Source: Promethearchaeota archaeon (GTDB lineage: Archaea; Asgardarchaeota; Lokiarchaeia; Sigyniarchaeales; Sigyniarchaeaceae). From it: a stretch of DNA of 24,000 nucleotides. A program made the translations under genes and the position numbers. The notes beneath the pieces are model-generated. The model saw only the letters and a program-made list of their open reading frames with translations. It was not told the origin of the DNA and made no database searches. Of the stretch, positions 1 to 8,640 are shown in pieces; the first letter of the stretch is position 1; each line of letters begins with the position of its first letter. The stretch spans positions 1,427,753-1,451,752 of the forward strand of contig JBGLND010000001.1 in the NCBI GenBank assembly GCA_041305945.1. Reading direction: 5' to 3'.

Positions 1-37
1 CGCCTGCCAACGCCGCCTGGATTTTTTGCTGGCATTA

Positions 38-256
38 TCAGCTGATTTCCTTGTCCCTGATGACCTCTACTGACGTGTTCTTGTCGATCGCAGCCCGGTA
101 CCGCTTGGATTGGTTGTCGATATCAGACTTTTCTTGATCGGGCTTGTTCATGCGCCACTTGTCGACTTTTTTGGAGAAAATTTTACTCACCTTGTGATCT
201 CGGATGGATGGTGTCTTATTGAATAGGAGAACGTGGCCGTTTAACAAGCTAAGCAT
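38..256 (-). CDS. hypothetical small basic protein (72 aa)
   Basis: ATG-initiated ORF (CAT at 254-256 on + strand). Lies downstream of the beta-CASP gene on the same strand, with a TATA-like box about 50-60 nt upstream. No recognisable motif. Confidence 0.3.
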   Translation of the reverse strand: MLSLLNGHVLLFNKTPSIRDHKVSKIFSKKVDKWRMNKPDQEKSDIDNQSKRYRAAIDKNTSVEVIRDKEIS

Positions 257-305
257 AATAACACATTAGCCGGTGTTCCTCGAATAACACTGGAGAGCGA
301 GTGCC

Positions 306-317
306 CTATATATTTAA
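306..317 (-). promoter_or_regulatory. TATA-like box (minus strand TTAAATATATAG) upstream of the 72-aa ORF
   Basis: AT-rich archaeal TATA-like element in the 87-bp gap between the beta-CASP stop (344) and the small ORF start (256). Confidence 0.3.
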
Positions 318-330
318 CCCGGGGGAAGGC

Positions 331-337
331 AAAAAAA
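331..337 (-). terminator. oligo-T tract (T7 on minus strand) just after the beta-CASP stop
   Basis: Minus strand reads CGGGCCTTTTTTTGCC starting right after the TAA at 344-346. Oligo-T tracts act as archaeal termination signals. Confidence 0.4.
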
Positions 338-343
338 GGCCCG

Positions 344-1702
344 TTAAATGGTAACGGTATCGCCACGCTTGGGCGCGGTGGCACTCGCCCCGGGCACTTG
401 CTCGTTGATGGAACGGGCAAGAAACTCGCAGTTTTCAAGGTCACCGTGGATGCAAAACACGTCTTTTTTACCATTCTTGAATTGAAGGGCTTTAACGAAC
501 TGTAACAAGTCATTCCCGTCCGAATGGCTGCTGAAATCGAATTGTGCGACGCGTGCTTGAACATCCACCTGGTTTGAAGGCCCGGCCGTCTCGTTGGCAT
601 TGATCGCTGCCATCTCGCGTTCCTCGTCCAGCTCGTACTTCCGCTCATCGAGGAGGATGCGCCCCGGCGTTCCTTCTACCTGGTATGACACGAGGAACAC
701 GCCATTTTTCCTGTTCACGAGCATCGGGGGTGCATAAAACCGCACGGTCCCTCCTTTCATCATGCCGCTTGGTGCGATGATGATGTCTGCCGATGAAAGC
801 GCCTTGCGACGGTCCGATTGGCTTCGTTCGCGCTTGATCATGGTGATCTTGTCCAAAGAATACCCTGAACGCAAGAAATCGGGATTTCGCAAGAGCAAGG
901 CCGAGATTTCCCTCGCCATGCCATCAACAACGACGTTCCGGTCCATGAACCCGTAGGTTTGCAATACAGATAGGATTTCCTGGCTCCTCGCAACACCGAA
1001 CGCGGGGATGAGCACCTTCCCGCCGGCATCGAGCACTTGCTTGATCGAGCTCACGAACTCCCGTTCCGTGTCCAGCCTGTTGGGGTGCGTCCGGGTGGCA
1101 TAGGTGCTCTCGATGATCAAGGCATCGATCGGGGGGATGCCCGAGGTCTTGGCACCCCACAACAAGCGCGTGTCCCGGGTGTTTATATCGCCCGTGTACA
1201 AGACGGTCTTGCCATCGATCGACACGAGGACCATGGCCGAGCCGGGAATGTGCCCGGCATCGAGAAACGTGAGGCTGCAGTCCATCCCCGGGACGAGGTG
1301 GGGTTCGTTATAGGCCTTCACGACCTGGATGGCCCGCAAGAAATTGTCCATTTCCTCCTTCTCGAACGGGAGGCGATCGGCAGAAATGTTGAGCATGTCG
1401 TCTAGCAACACTTTCACGATGGTCCTGGTTGCCTTGGTCATGTAGCACGGGGGTTTCGCGGAAATGTACAGGTACGGGAGCCCGCCCGTGTGATCGACGT
1501 GCGCGTGGCTCACCGCTACCGCCTTGATGCGGCGGGGCTCGACGTCCAGCGGCAGCTTGGTCTTGTCATCGTCCTTCATTGCCATCCCGAAGTCGAGGAG
1601 GACCTGTCCTTGGCCATCCTCGCCAGACGATAAGAGAAATGCCGAACGGCCGACTTCACCGCATGCACCTAAAAAATCGAGATTTACCAATTCGTTCACC
1701 AA
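344..1702 (-). CDS. metallo-beta-lactamase / beta-CASP ribonuclease (archaeal aCPSF2-like, no KH domains)
   Basis: 452-aa ORF. MBL motifs are HAHVDHTGG (HxHxDH), DAGHIPGS and YTGD. Beta-CASP motifs are A (IESTY), B (FSSHSD) and C (CIHGD). Confidence 0.8.
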   Translation of the reverse strand: MVNELVNLDFLGACGEVGRSAFLLSSGEDGQGQVLLDFGMAMKDDDKTKLPLDVEPRRIKAVAVSHAHVDHTGGLPYLYISAKPPCYMTKATRTIVKVLLDDMLNISADRLPFEKEEMDNFLRAIQVVKAYNEPHLVPGMDCSLTFLDAGHIPGSAMVLVSIDGKTVLYTGDINTRDTRLLWGAKTSGIPPIDALIIESTYATRTHPNRLDTEREFVSSIKQVLDAGGKVLIPAFGVARSQEILSVLQTYGFMDRNVVVDGMAREISALLLRNPDFLRSGYSLDKITMIKRERSQSDRRKALSSADIIIAPSGMMKGGTVRFYAPPMLVNRKNGVFLVSYQVEGTPGRILLDERKYELDEEREMAAINANETAGPSNQVDVQARVAQFDFSSHSDGNDLLQFVKALQFKNGKKDVFCIHGDLENCEFLARSINEQVPGASATAPKRGDTVTI

Positions 1703-1751
1703 TACAAGTAACGAAATGGTAGCAAAAGATTAAAATTTTCAGAGAAAAGTA

Positions 1752-2639
1752 ATGATCGAAATAGGTGATTTCACAATGCAAATACCAACAGACGTGCAAA
1801 TCGGCATAATCGGTGGCACTGGGGCAGACATTGAATTACACGATGTCGTGAAGGTGAAACCGTACACGCCATATGGACAGCCATCGGATTTCATTCACGT
1901 TGGTACCTTCGCGGGGCACAAAGTCGCGTTCTTGGCAAGGCACGGGCCCGGCCACCAAATCCCACCCCACATGCTCAATTTCCGGGCGAACTTGTGGGCA
2001 CTCAAGGAGCTTGGAGTAACGCGCGTGTTCTCCCCGTGCGCTGTCGGGAGCCTTAGGAATGAACTCGACAAGGGCGACTTCGTGATCGTCGACCAGTACA
2101 TCGACCGCACCAGAAAGCGGCTCGACACGTTCTACGAGGGCGGGCAGGTATGCCACGTCTCGCAAGCGGACCCGTTCTGTCCCGAGATGAACGACATCTT
2201 CCTCGAAGCGGGAAAACAAATCCCGGGCTTGAAGATCGTCAAGGGCGGGACGTACGTATGCATCGAGGGCCCCCGGTTCTCGACCAGGGCGGAATCAAAG
2301 GTGTTCCACCAGTGGGGAGCTGACGTCATCGGGATGACCGTGTACCCCGAGGCCGTGCTCGCCGCTGAACTTGCCATGTGCTACAGCACGATCGCCACAG
2401 TCACCGACCTCGACGTGTGGGCAGCCTCGTGCAAAAAATGCGGGGTCGTCGAAATCGGGAAATCCTGCCCGAAATGCGGCGGGGACATCAAGCCGCTCGC
2501 CGTGTCGGTCGAGGAGATACTGGAAACAATGGAGAAAAACGCCGTTAACTTGAAGAAGCTCATCGAGATCGCCATCCCGAAGATCCCGACAGCCCGCAAG
2601 TGTGCTTGCGGAAACGCCCTCGCGGGCGCGATCTTGTGA
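1752..2639 (+). CDS. mtnP: 5'-methylthioadenosine phosphorylase (PNP/MTAP family) with inserted CxxC-x8-CxxC knuckle
   Basis: Family blocks present: IGIIGGTG, FLARHG, GPRFSTRAESKVFHQWGADVIGMT, TVTDLDVW and VSVEEIL. An alternative start is ATG 1776 (MQIPTDV). The C-terminus carries a CAC (CxC) motif. Confidence 0.85.
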   Translation: MIEIGDFTMQIPTDVQIGIIGGTGADIELHDVVKVKPYTPYGQPSDFIHVGTFAGHKVAFLARHGPGHQIPPHMLNFRANLWALKELGVTRVFSPCAVGSLRNELDKGDFVIVDQYIDRTRKRLDTFYEGGQVCHVSQADPFCPEMNDIFLEAGKQIPGLKIVKGGTYVCIEGPRFSTRAESKVFHQWGADVIGMTVYPEAVLAAELAMCYSTIATVTDLDVWAASCKKCGVVEIGKSCPKCGGDIKPLAVSVEEILETMEKNAVNLKKLIEIAIPKIPTARKCACGNALAGAIL

Positions 2640-2680
2640 TGGCGGGAGAAAAAAATCGATACAAGAGACGTGCTTGAACC

Positions 2681-3223
2681 ATGCCGCAAAAACCAGATTA
2701 TTACGACAAGTTAATACGAAATGTCCCCGATTTCCCGAAGAAGGGAATCCAGTTCAAGGACATCACCACGCTCATCAAGGACCCCAAGGGGCTAAAGAAT
2801 GCCATCGACGACATGGCTGCTGCCCACAAGGACAAGAAAATCACGAAGGTCGTGGGCATCGAATCCCGCGGTTTCATCTTCGGATCGGGCATCGCCTACC
2901 AGCTCGGGGTTGGGTTCATTCCCATCCGGAAGCCCGGGAAGCTCCCTGCAAAAACCGAGGCCATGGAATACTCGCTGGAATATGGCACCGACAAGATCGA
3001 AATCCACGTGGATGCAATCAGCAAGGGTGACAACGTGCTTATCGTGGACGATTTGCTTGCAACGGGAGGAACCGCTGCCGCTGCAACCAAGCTCGTCGAG
3101 AAACTCGGCGGGAAGGTGGCAGGGGTCGCTTTCGTGATCGAGCTGGCGGGCAGCCTTCACGGGCGCGACTTGCTTAAGGGGTATAACATCACGAGCCTCG
3201 TGAAGATCGACGTTCACGAGTGA
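2681..3223 (+). CDS. apt: adenine phosphoribosyltransferase
   Basis: 180 aa. Carries the PRPP-binding loop VLIVDDLLATGGT plus the blocks FKDITTL and ESRGFIFG. Lies 41 bp downstream of mtnP on the same strand. Confidence 0.9.
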   Translation: MPQKPDYYDKLIRNVPDFPKKGIQFKDITTLIKDPKGLKNAIDDMAAAHKDKKITKVVGIESRGFIFGSGIAYQLGVGFIPIRKPGKLPAKTEAMEYSLEYGTDKIEIHVDAISKGDNVLIVDDLLATGGTAAAATKLVEKLGGKVAGVAFVIELAGSLHGRDLLKGYNITSLVKIDVHE

Positions 3224-3798
3224 TGCACCCGCTTCTCTTCCACGTTTTTTTTCACTTTTTCCTTGCACCTCGTGCAGAACACGGCATGTTTCATGTCGGT
3301 GTCATGTATGCTGTTCGAAAAGGACATCACGCATAGCGGATCGTTGCAGTGCCTTGCACCGAGCACGTGCCCGATTTCGTGGGCGGCTTCCTTGAAGACG
3401 CGCTCGTTGAACAGGTCCTTGTTGGGCAGGAAACCGTGAAACTCGGGACGCAAGCGGAACGTCGAGATCACGCAGCTTGTACCCCCCACGCGGGCCTCGC
3501 CGAAGATGAAATTGAGTGCTGGCCTCGTGTCGGAGAAAAGGTCCACCTCCACGACCCCCAAGGCAACAGCATTCGGTCCCTGCTTGCAGTGCAATCCATC
3601 GAGGTAGGCCAAGTACGGGCCGCTCGGTTCCTGGTTCCTCGTTGGATTGATGGCATTCAATGCTTGCACGTGGCTCACGTGGATGTCGATCGAGCATCCG
3701 AGCATCGTGAAAAGCTTCTTCAAGTATAAAAGCAACCGTGGTTCGAGACGGGCATCACCGATCCCGAAAATGACGACATGCAACTCCAAGCTGGCCAT
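3214..3798 (-). CDS. amzA: archaemetzincin (zinc metalloprotease)
   Basis: HEIGHVLGARHCNDPLCVMSF...FCTRCKEK matches the archaemetzincin signature HExxHxxGxxHCx4CxM...CxxC. The ORF track starts at a TTG (3819); the first ATG is at 3798 (MASLELHVV). There is a 10-bp convergent overlap with apt. Confidence 0.85.
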   Translation of the reverse strand: MASLELHVVIFGIGDARLEPRLLLYLKKLFTMLGCSIDIHVSHVQALNAINPTRNQEPSGPYLAYLDGLHCKQGPNAVALGVVEVDLFSDTRPALNFIFGEARVGGTSCVISTFRLRPEFHGFLPNKDLFNERVFKEAAHEIGHVLGARHCNDPLCVMSFSNSIHDTDMKHAVFCTRCKEKVKKNVEEKRVHHS

Positions 3799-3847
3799 CC
3801 TTGGATGGAATGAATACAACGAATGGAAAAAAACTCGCTGGTACCGG

Positions 3848-6799
3848 TCAGCTCACGACCGGCAGCACGATGCAAGACGGGTACATGCCCCCCGTGAGCA
3901 CGGAATTGTTCGCCACGTTGAAACTCGACGGGTGGTTCGTGAACGCGCCCGAGTGGTTGGGATGGCGCTCGAACCGCGGGTAATTGCTCGACGAGATCGC
4001 GATCGTGATGCGATGTCCCGTGTTGAACTGGTACGCGGTCGACCACAAGTCCACCGATATCTCGTAGGCTTGCCCACCAATCATGTCTGGTGCGGTGATG
4101 TTATAACCATCCCGCGAACGCATCACGAGGATGCCATCCAGGATGTTATAGCAGCTGCCGTTCTGGTACCGGTCCATGAGCATCACGGTGAATGCCGTGT
4201 CGGTGCAGTTGGACGCGACCCAGAGGCTCGCCCGGACGTTGCCCACCACCGACAGCGGGAATGGCAGGGGGGCCGATTCGAACACGAGCACGTCGCTTCT
4301 TGCCAAGTTCCTGGCAGCGGCTTGGTCGTACGGGCCCGTGCCGACAAACTGCTCAACGCGATCGGGATGTTTGTCACCGTCCCAGTTGTTGAACCCGAGT
4401 GCATCGAGCTCCAAGGAGGCATAATCCGCCATCAGGTTATTACCACCCTTCGTGAGCACCGGGTAGCGGGGATCGTACAAGCATGACACGTTCGCGTTCC
4501 CGGCAGGGTTGCTATCGATCAGCGAACCGTTGGACGCGACGTACAACACCCGCGTCGAGTCGTTGGCCGGCCACCCGCTCGCGTAGTACCACTTGTTGGC
4601 ACCCGTGACGGATGAGGGCTGGTTCACGTCGCCCATCAAGTAATAGGCAACGCACGGTTCGGACCAGTTGACCGGGGTGCCGGCCAATGCCGCCGATCGC
4701 ATCTCGTTCTCCCACCCCGCGTGACGGCTCTCATCGGCGCGGGGGAAGGCAAGGGACGTTGCGTTGAAAACCGGGGTTAACACGCCAAACTTTCCGTGCC
4801 CGTACGGCCCCATGACCAGACGCTGCTTCCCCAGCGCGCCTGGCCCGCCGTGGTAGTTATACCCGATGAACCCGTCGATCGTGCCTTGCGAGCAGATGTC
4901 GTACCAGCCGCCGAAATGGATTGCGCTCACGTTCACCGACGCGTACCTGTGCCCCATGGACAGGGACGTGGTGTTCCACGACGCGTCCTTTACTTGGTGG
5001 GACACGATCCAGTCGATGGCATCCGAGTACTCGGTTGCACGGCCTGGCGAGTTGTCCTTCCAGATGGTATAGACCCACGACTCGAGCATAGCTTTCCTGA
5101 AGGCGCCGCCTTGGAAGATCATGTGGTCGTAGAGCTCCGGCGCCCCGACACTCAGGGTTTGGAATTTCAGCGCGCCGGATGGCTCATCCGCGTAGCAATA
5201 CTGGTTGACCGTGCCGGCAGACGCGCCTGTCGAAGCAATGTTCCCGTTACACCAGGATTGATTCTTGATCCACGCCACGGTCTTTGCACCGTCGAACCGG
5301 TCATCGATGAACGGGATGAACTTGCCTTCGGACTGGTACCGACCCCGCATGTCCTGGTACACAACGGCGTATCCCGCCTTGACCAAGTCGAGGACCCCCT
5401 TGTTGGTAGCAAGGTTTCCCTTGTTGTAGGGCGTCCGCAGCAAGATGACGGGTCTCGGGATCGTATCGCCCCGCTGCCGGTAAACATCGGTCGCGAGCAA
5501 GGTGCCATCATCCATGGCGAGGTATTCAGTCTTGTAATCAACGGCGACGTACGCGTCGACCATCATATACCCGATGAAGGGAGCAAGGACGATCGTAGTT
5601 ACCATGGCGGCCTTCAAGGCAATCGGGACCTTGTCCGCAAGTTCATGCTTTGCTTGCCTGAGCACCGCCTCGATTGTACGGGAGACTCGACCCCGGGAAC
5701 GGAGCCTTGCTCCAATGGCATACCGTGCGGAGAACACGGCGATCAAGAGCGAGATGATGACAATATACTGAGGGGCATTCTTGTCAGTCCCCGTGATGGT
5801 CATGTACGATGTTGCAGCAAGGGCCAGGAAGGGAATCGCGTACTTGAAAAACCCGCCGGTGATGGTACCGATGACCACCACGCCCTTGAAATTGCTCCGC
5901 TTTGACGTTGCGATCAGGTGGGACCCGCCGTTGATGAGTGAATATCCCACCACGGCAATGGCAAGAACGAGATGAAGCATGCCAATACCCGCGAAGATCG
6001 CTTCCTTGCCAGCGAACCATGCCCAGTCTTTACCATTATTTCGCCATTCTTCACTTGCTTGACCGGAATCAAGCGATTTTTTGCGATTGAACGTGAAATA
6101 ATTCACCAAGTAACTGGTAACAAAGACGATACGACCAACAATTGCAAGAGCAAGATAGACGTCCCGGCCCGCGACCATGTTCGGTTTCACGAGCCCCCGG
6201 TCGAACAAGACCACCAAGGGCACCTTGAACCCGGCACGATCGAGCGCCTCGTCAACGATACCCTTCAAGGGAACGGGCTTGCCCGCCCTGTGCCCCGCGT
6301 CCGCGCAGACGAGTACCTTCGGTTTCGCGTCGTCGATGCGGATGGCCAACGATTCGGTGCTGAAGCCCGCGAACACGATGCTGTGGATGGCGCCGATGCG
6401 GACGCACGCCAGGGCGGCGATGCATGCCTCGGGAATCATGGGCAGGTAGATGATGACCCTGTCGCCTTTATTCACGCCCGAATTCTTCAAGACGCTGGCA
6501 AACTCGACGACCCTTTTTAATAGTTGCCCATAGGTTATGATTTCCTCCTTGTTGACCTCGGAGCTCACCCATATGTATGCAGGTTGGTCTTTCTTTTCTG
6601 CTTCGACCCACCTGTCTACCGCGTTGTAGCAGGTGTTGGTGATGCCACCCACGAACCATTTATAAAATGGTGGTTTCGATGCATCCAATATTCGATCTGG
6701 TTTCTTGTACCAGAAGATTTTTTCAACGACCGGCTTCCAATATTCTTCCGGTTTCTCCACTGAAAGCTTGTGAGCGACTTGATATTTCGACATGGACAT
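3848..6799 (-). CDS. chimeric protein: acyl-CoA synthetase (PrpE/Acs-like) N-terminal fragment + ~5 TM helices + CocE/NonD (S15 X-Pro dipeptidyl-peptidase-like) hydrolase
   Basis: Residues ~37-250 of the tracked ORF (6158-6799) resemble the first ~250 aa of propionyl/acetyl-CoA synthetases (PPFYKWFVGGITNTCYNAVDRW, GDRVIIYLPMIPEA, RIGAIHSIVFAGFS, RIDDAKPKVLV, GRDV), but the YTSGTTGKPKG P-loop is absent. A hydrophobic block occupies 5558-6157. The hydrolase occupies 3851-5557 (ILLRTPYNKG, VVYQDMRGRYQSEG, GxSxG as GASAG). The ORF track extends to a GTG at 6907; ATG 6799 (MSMSKYQ) fits the family N-terminus. Confidence 0.7.
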   Translation of the reverse strand: MSMSKYQVAHKLSVEKPEEYWKPVVEKIFWYKKPDRILDASKPPFYKWFVGGITNTCYNAVDRWVEAEKKDQPAYIWVSSEVNKEEIITYGQLLKRVVEFASVLKNSGVNKGDRVIIYLPMIPEACIAALACVRIGAIHSIVFAGFSTESLAIRIDDAKPKVLVCADAGHRAGKPVPLKGIVDEALDRAGFKVPLVVLFDRGLVKPNMVAGRDVYLALAIVGRIVFVTSYLVNYFTFNRKKSLDSGQASEEWRNNGKDWAWFAGKEAIFAGIGMLHLVLAIAVVGYSLINGGSHLIATSKRSNFKGVVVIGTITGGFFKYAIPFLALAATSYMTITGTDKNAPQYIVIISLLIAVFSARYAIGARLRSRGRVSRTIEAVLRQAKHELADKVPIALKAAMVTTIVLAPFIGYMMVDAYVAVDYKTEYLAMDDGTLLATDVYRQRGDTIPRPVILLRTPYNKGNLATNKGVLDLVKAGYAVVYQDMRGRYQSEGKFIPFIDDRFDGAKTVAWIKNQSWCNGNIASTGASAGTVNQYCYADEPSGALKFQTLSVGAPELYDHMIFQGGAFRKAMLESWVYTIWKDNSPGRATEYSDAIDWIVSHQVKDASWNTTSLSMGHRYASVNVSAIHFGGWYDICSQGTIDGFIGYNYHGGPGALGKQRLVMGPYGHGKFGVLTPVFNATSLAFPRADESRHAGWENEMRSAALAGTPVNWSEPCVAYYLMGDVNQPSSVTGANKWYYASGWPANDSTRVLYVASNGSLIDSNPAGNANVSCLYDPRYPVLTKGGNNLMADYASLELDALGFNNWDGDKHPDRVEQFVGTGPYDQAAARNLARSDVLVFESAPLPFPLSVVGNVRASLWVASNCTDTAFTVMLMDRYQNGSCYNILDGILVMRSRDGYNITAPDMIGGQAYEISVDLWSTAYQFNTGHRITIAISSSNYPRFERHPNHSGAFTNHPSSFNVANNSVLTGGMYPSCIVLPVVS

Positions 6800-6968
6800 C
6801 CTCGCTTTGCTGATGCAAGATTGATGGGTTATTCTGGTGATGCTCGCACGGGCGGCTGACCTCCCGTGCATGGCATAGCCTTGCTTGAAATATCTTGTTC
6901 TATTCACTTATAATAGTACACATGTTAACGCACCATGGTTAGTAGATATTTGATGGAGTTACACGGCG

Positions 6969-7874
6969 ATGGTTCTCAAGGCAGGCGATCACGTGATCAT
7001 CAGCGGGGGAAAAAAGCACGAGTGGTTCGTCCAGCTGGCTCCCGGGAAAGCATTGCACACCCATGCCGGCATCATCCCGCACGATGGCATCGTGGGAAAG
7101 GAATTCGGTGACATGGTCGGCACGACCAATACTGGCGCCCAATTTATACTAGTAAAGCCACTGATGCACGATATTTCCACGCGGTTCGCCCGAAAAACGC
7201 AGATCGTCTACCCAAAGGATACTGGCTACGTTATAATGAACGCGGGAATCGTTCCCGGCTCGCGGGTGCTCGAAGCAGGGACAGGCTCGGGGGCAATGAC
7301 GTCGCTGCTGGCATCCATCGCCGGGGCGAGAGCACCGGGGCGTGTCGTGTCGTTCGAGGTCGTTGAAAAGCACCACGAGGCCGCGAAACGAAACCTGGCA
7401 TTGGCGGGTCTTTCTGGCGTCGTTGACATGCGGCTCGGTGACTTGCTCGATCCCGCAGTGCAAAAGAGCCTTGAAATGGAAACCCCATTCGACGCGTGTT
7501 TCTTCGACATGCCATCGCCGTGGGACGTCGTCGACCTTGCCCACGCGGTACTCGTGCCGGGCGGCGTGTTCTGCTCGTTCTCCCCCGTCATCGAGCAAGT
7601 CAAGAAAATCGTTGCCACGTTGAAACTTGGTAACTGGACCCGCGTCGAGGCCGTTGATTTGCAGTTGCGCACGTGGCAAGTGAAGGACAACGCCACCCGG
7701 CCTGCCTCGCACGGCCACCACACCGGCTACCTGGTGTTTGCCAGGAAGACGAACGTGAAACCACCCTTGGAATGGGATAGGAAGGTGCGGAAGGCGTTGA
7801 ACAGGGAGCTTGCCGAGCAAGGCTTGATCCCCGACGAAGTGGACGACGGTGCCCTCGATTTCCTTGATGAATGA
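6969..7874 (+). CDS. trmI: tRNA (adenine58-N1)-methyltransferase, TrmI/Gcd14 family
   Basis: N-terminal beta domain (GDHVIISGGKKHEWFVQL...HTHAGIIPHD), the block QIVYPKDTGYVIMNAGI, the SAM-binding motif VLEAGTGSGAMT, and C-terminal HTGYLVFARK. Carries an acidic ~45-aa C-terminal tail. Confidence 0.8.
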   Translation: MVLKAGDHVIISGGKKHEWFVQLAPGKALHTHAGIIPHDGIVGKEFGDMVGTTNTGAQFILVKPLMHDISTRFARKTQIVYPKDTGYVIMNAGIVPGSRVLEAGTGSGAMTSLLASIAGARAPGRVVSFEVVEKHHEAAKRNLALAGLSGVVDMRLGDLLDPAVQKSLEMETPFDACFFDMPSPWDVVDLAHAVLVPGGVFCSFSPVIEQVKKIVATLKLGNWTRVEAVDLQLRTWQVKDNATRPASHGHHTGYLVFARKTNVKPPLEWDRKVRKALNRELAEQGLIPDEVDDGALDFLDE

Positions 7875-7875
7875 G

Positions 7876-7910
7876 CCAACGAACGAACCAACGAACCAAC
7901 CAACGAACGG
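7876..7910. repeat. imperfect tetranucleotide CNAA tract (CCAA CGAA CGAA CCAA CGAA CCAA CCAA CGAA CGG)
   Basis: Read directly in the 70-bp spacer between the trmI stop (7874) and the next start (7945). Confidence 0.6.
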
Positions 7911-7944
7911 ATTAACGAGCGACCTGTAAACGGAGTACAAGAAA

Positions 7945-8604
7945 ATGCCCTCGAGATGGCGCGTCCGGCGCGTGTTCCGGCCCGTGGTGCTTGGAATCGC
8001 CCGTGGCCTTGCACGTGCGGGATTGTCCCCCAACGGCGCCACGGGACTCGTCTTGCTCCTTTCATTCGCAGCGTTTTTTTACGAGGTGCTCCTGCCGTTG
8101 CCCGTGACGTGGCTTACTGGCCTCGGGTTTGCGCTGCTCGTGTTCGTGACAGGCATCATGGACGGGGTGGACGGCGCGATCGCGCGCCAGACCGGGAAGC
8201 AATCCAAGTTTGGGGGCGTGCTGGACTCGACGGTCGATCGCGTATCGGACGCGCTCGTGTTCTGCGCGCCGGCGTTCCGCGACCTGCTCGTGAGCGATGT
8301 CGTGAATGGCCAACTAGCATGGCTGCCCGGCTTGGATGTCATTCCATTGTGGTTCTGGTCGACGTTCCTCGTGATCGGGGCATACTTGACCAGTTACGTG
8401 CGTGCTAGGACGACCCTTGCCGATGCAACGGTCGACACGGACGTGGGTGCACTCGCGCGATCCGAGCGCCTCCTTTGCGTCGTGATAGGCACGGCATGCG
8501 GCGCGCAATGGATCACGATCATCGCCTTGGCCCTCCTCACAAACGTGACGGCGATCCACAGGTTACGTGTTGCTCGAAACGGCTTGGCGCAGAAGGAGAA
8601 GTAG
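7945..8604 (+). CDS. CDP-alcohol phosphatidyltransferase (archaeal lipid head-group synthase type)
   Basis: Exact family motif DGx2ARx8Gx3Dx3D, seen as DGAIARQTGKQSKFGGVLDSTVD. Multi-TM hydrophobic profile, 219 aa. Confidence 0.85.
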   Translation: MPSRWRVRRVFRPVVLGIARGLARAGLSPNGATGLVLLLSFAAFFYEVLLPLPVTWLTGLGFALLVFVTGIMDGVDGAIARQTGKQSKFGGVLDSTVDRVSDALVFCAPAFRDLLVSDVVNGQLAWLPGLDVIPLWFWSTFLVIGAYLTSYVRARTTLADATVDTDVGALARSERLLCVVIGTACGAQWITIIALALLTNVTAIHRLRVARNGLAQKEK

Positions 8605-8640
8605 GAACGCGTGGAATGACCACCCGCCGGCACGCGCGAT

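Noticed and set aside
1-45. Possible 3' end of a plus-strand gene entering from the left edge (..RLPTPPGFFAGIIS-stop)
   Set aside because: Only 14 codons are visible, so it cannot be supported.
241-648. 135-aa minus-strand ORF overlapping the beta-CASP 3' end
   Set aside because: It is a different frame of the same strand as a motif-supported CDS, with no independent support.
4796-5905. 369-aa plus-strand ORF
   Set aside because: Antisense to the CocE/NonD hydrolase domain, which has clear family motifs. The product is an R/P/G/D-rich, high-GC artefact.
7149-8042. 297-aa minus-strand ORF
   Set aside because: Entirely antisense to the well-supported trmI CDS and the spacer. The R/G/P-rich product has no motifs. 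Its FVGWFVGSFVGSF stretch is just the CNAA repeat read backwards.
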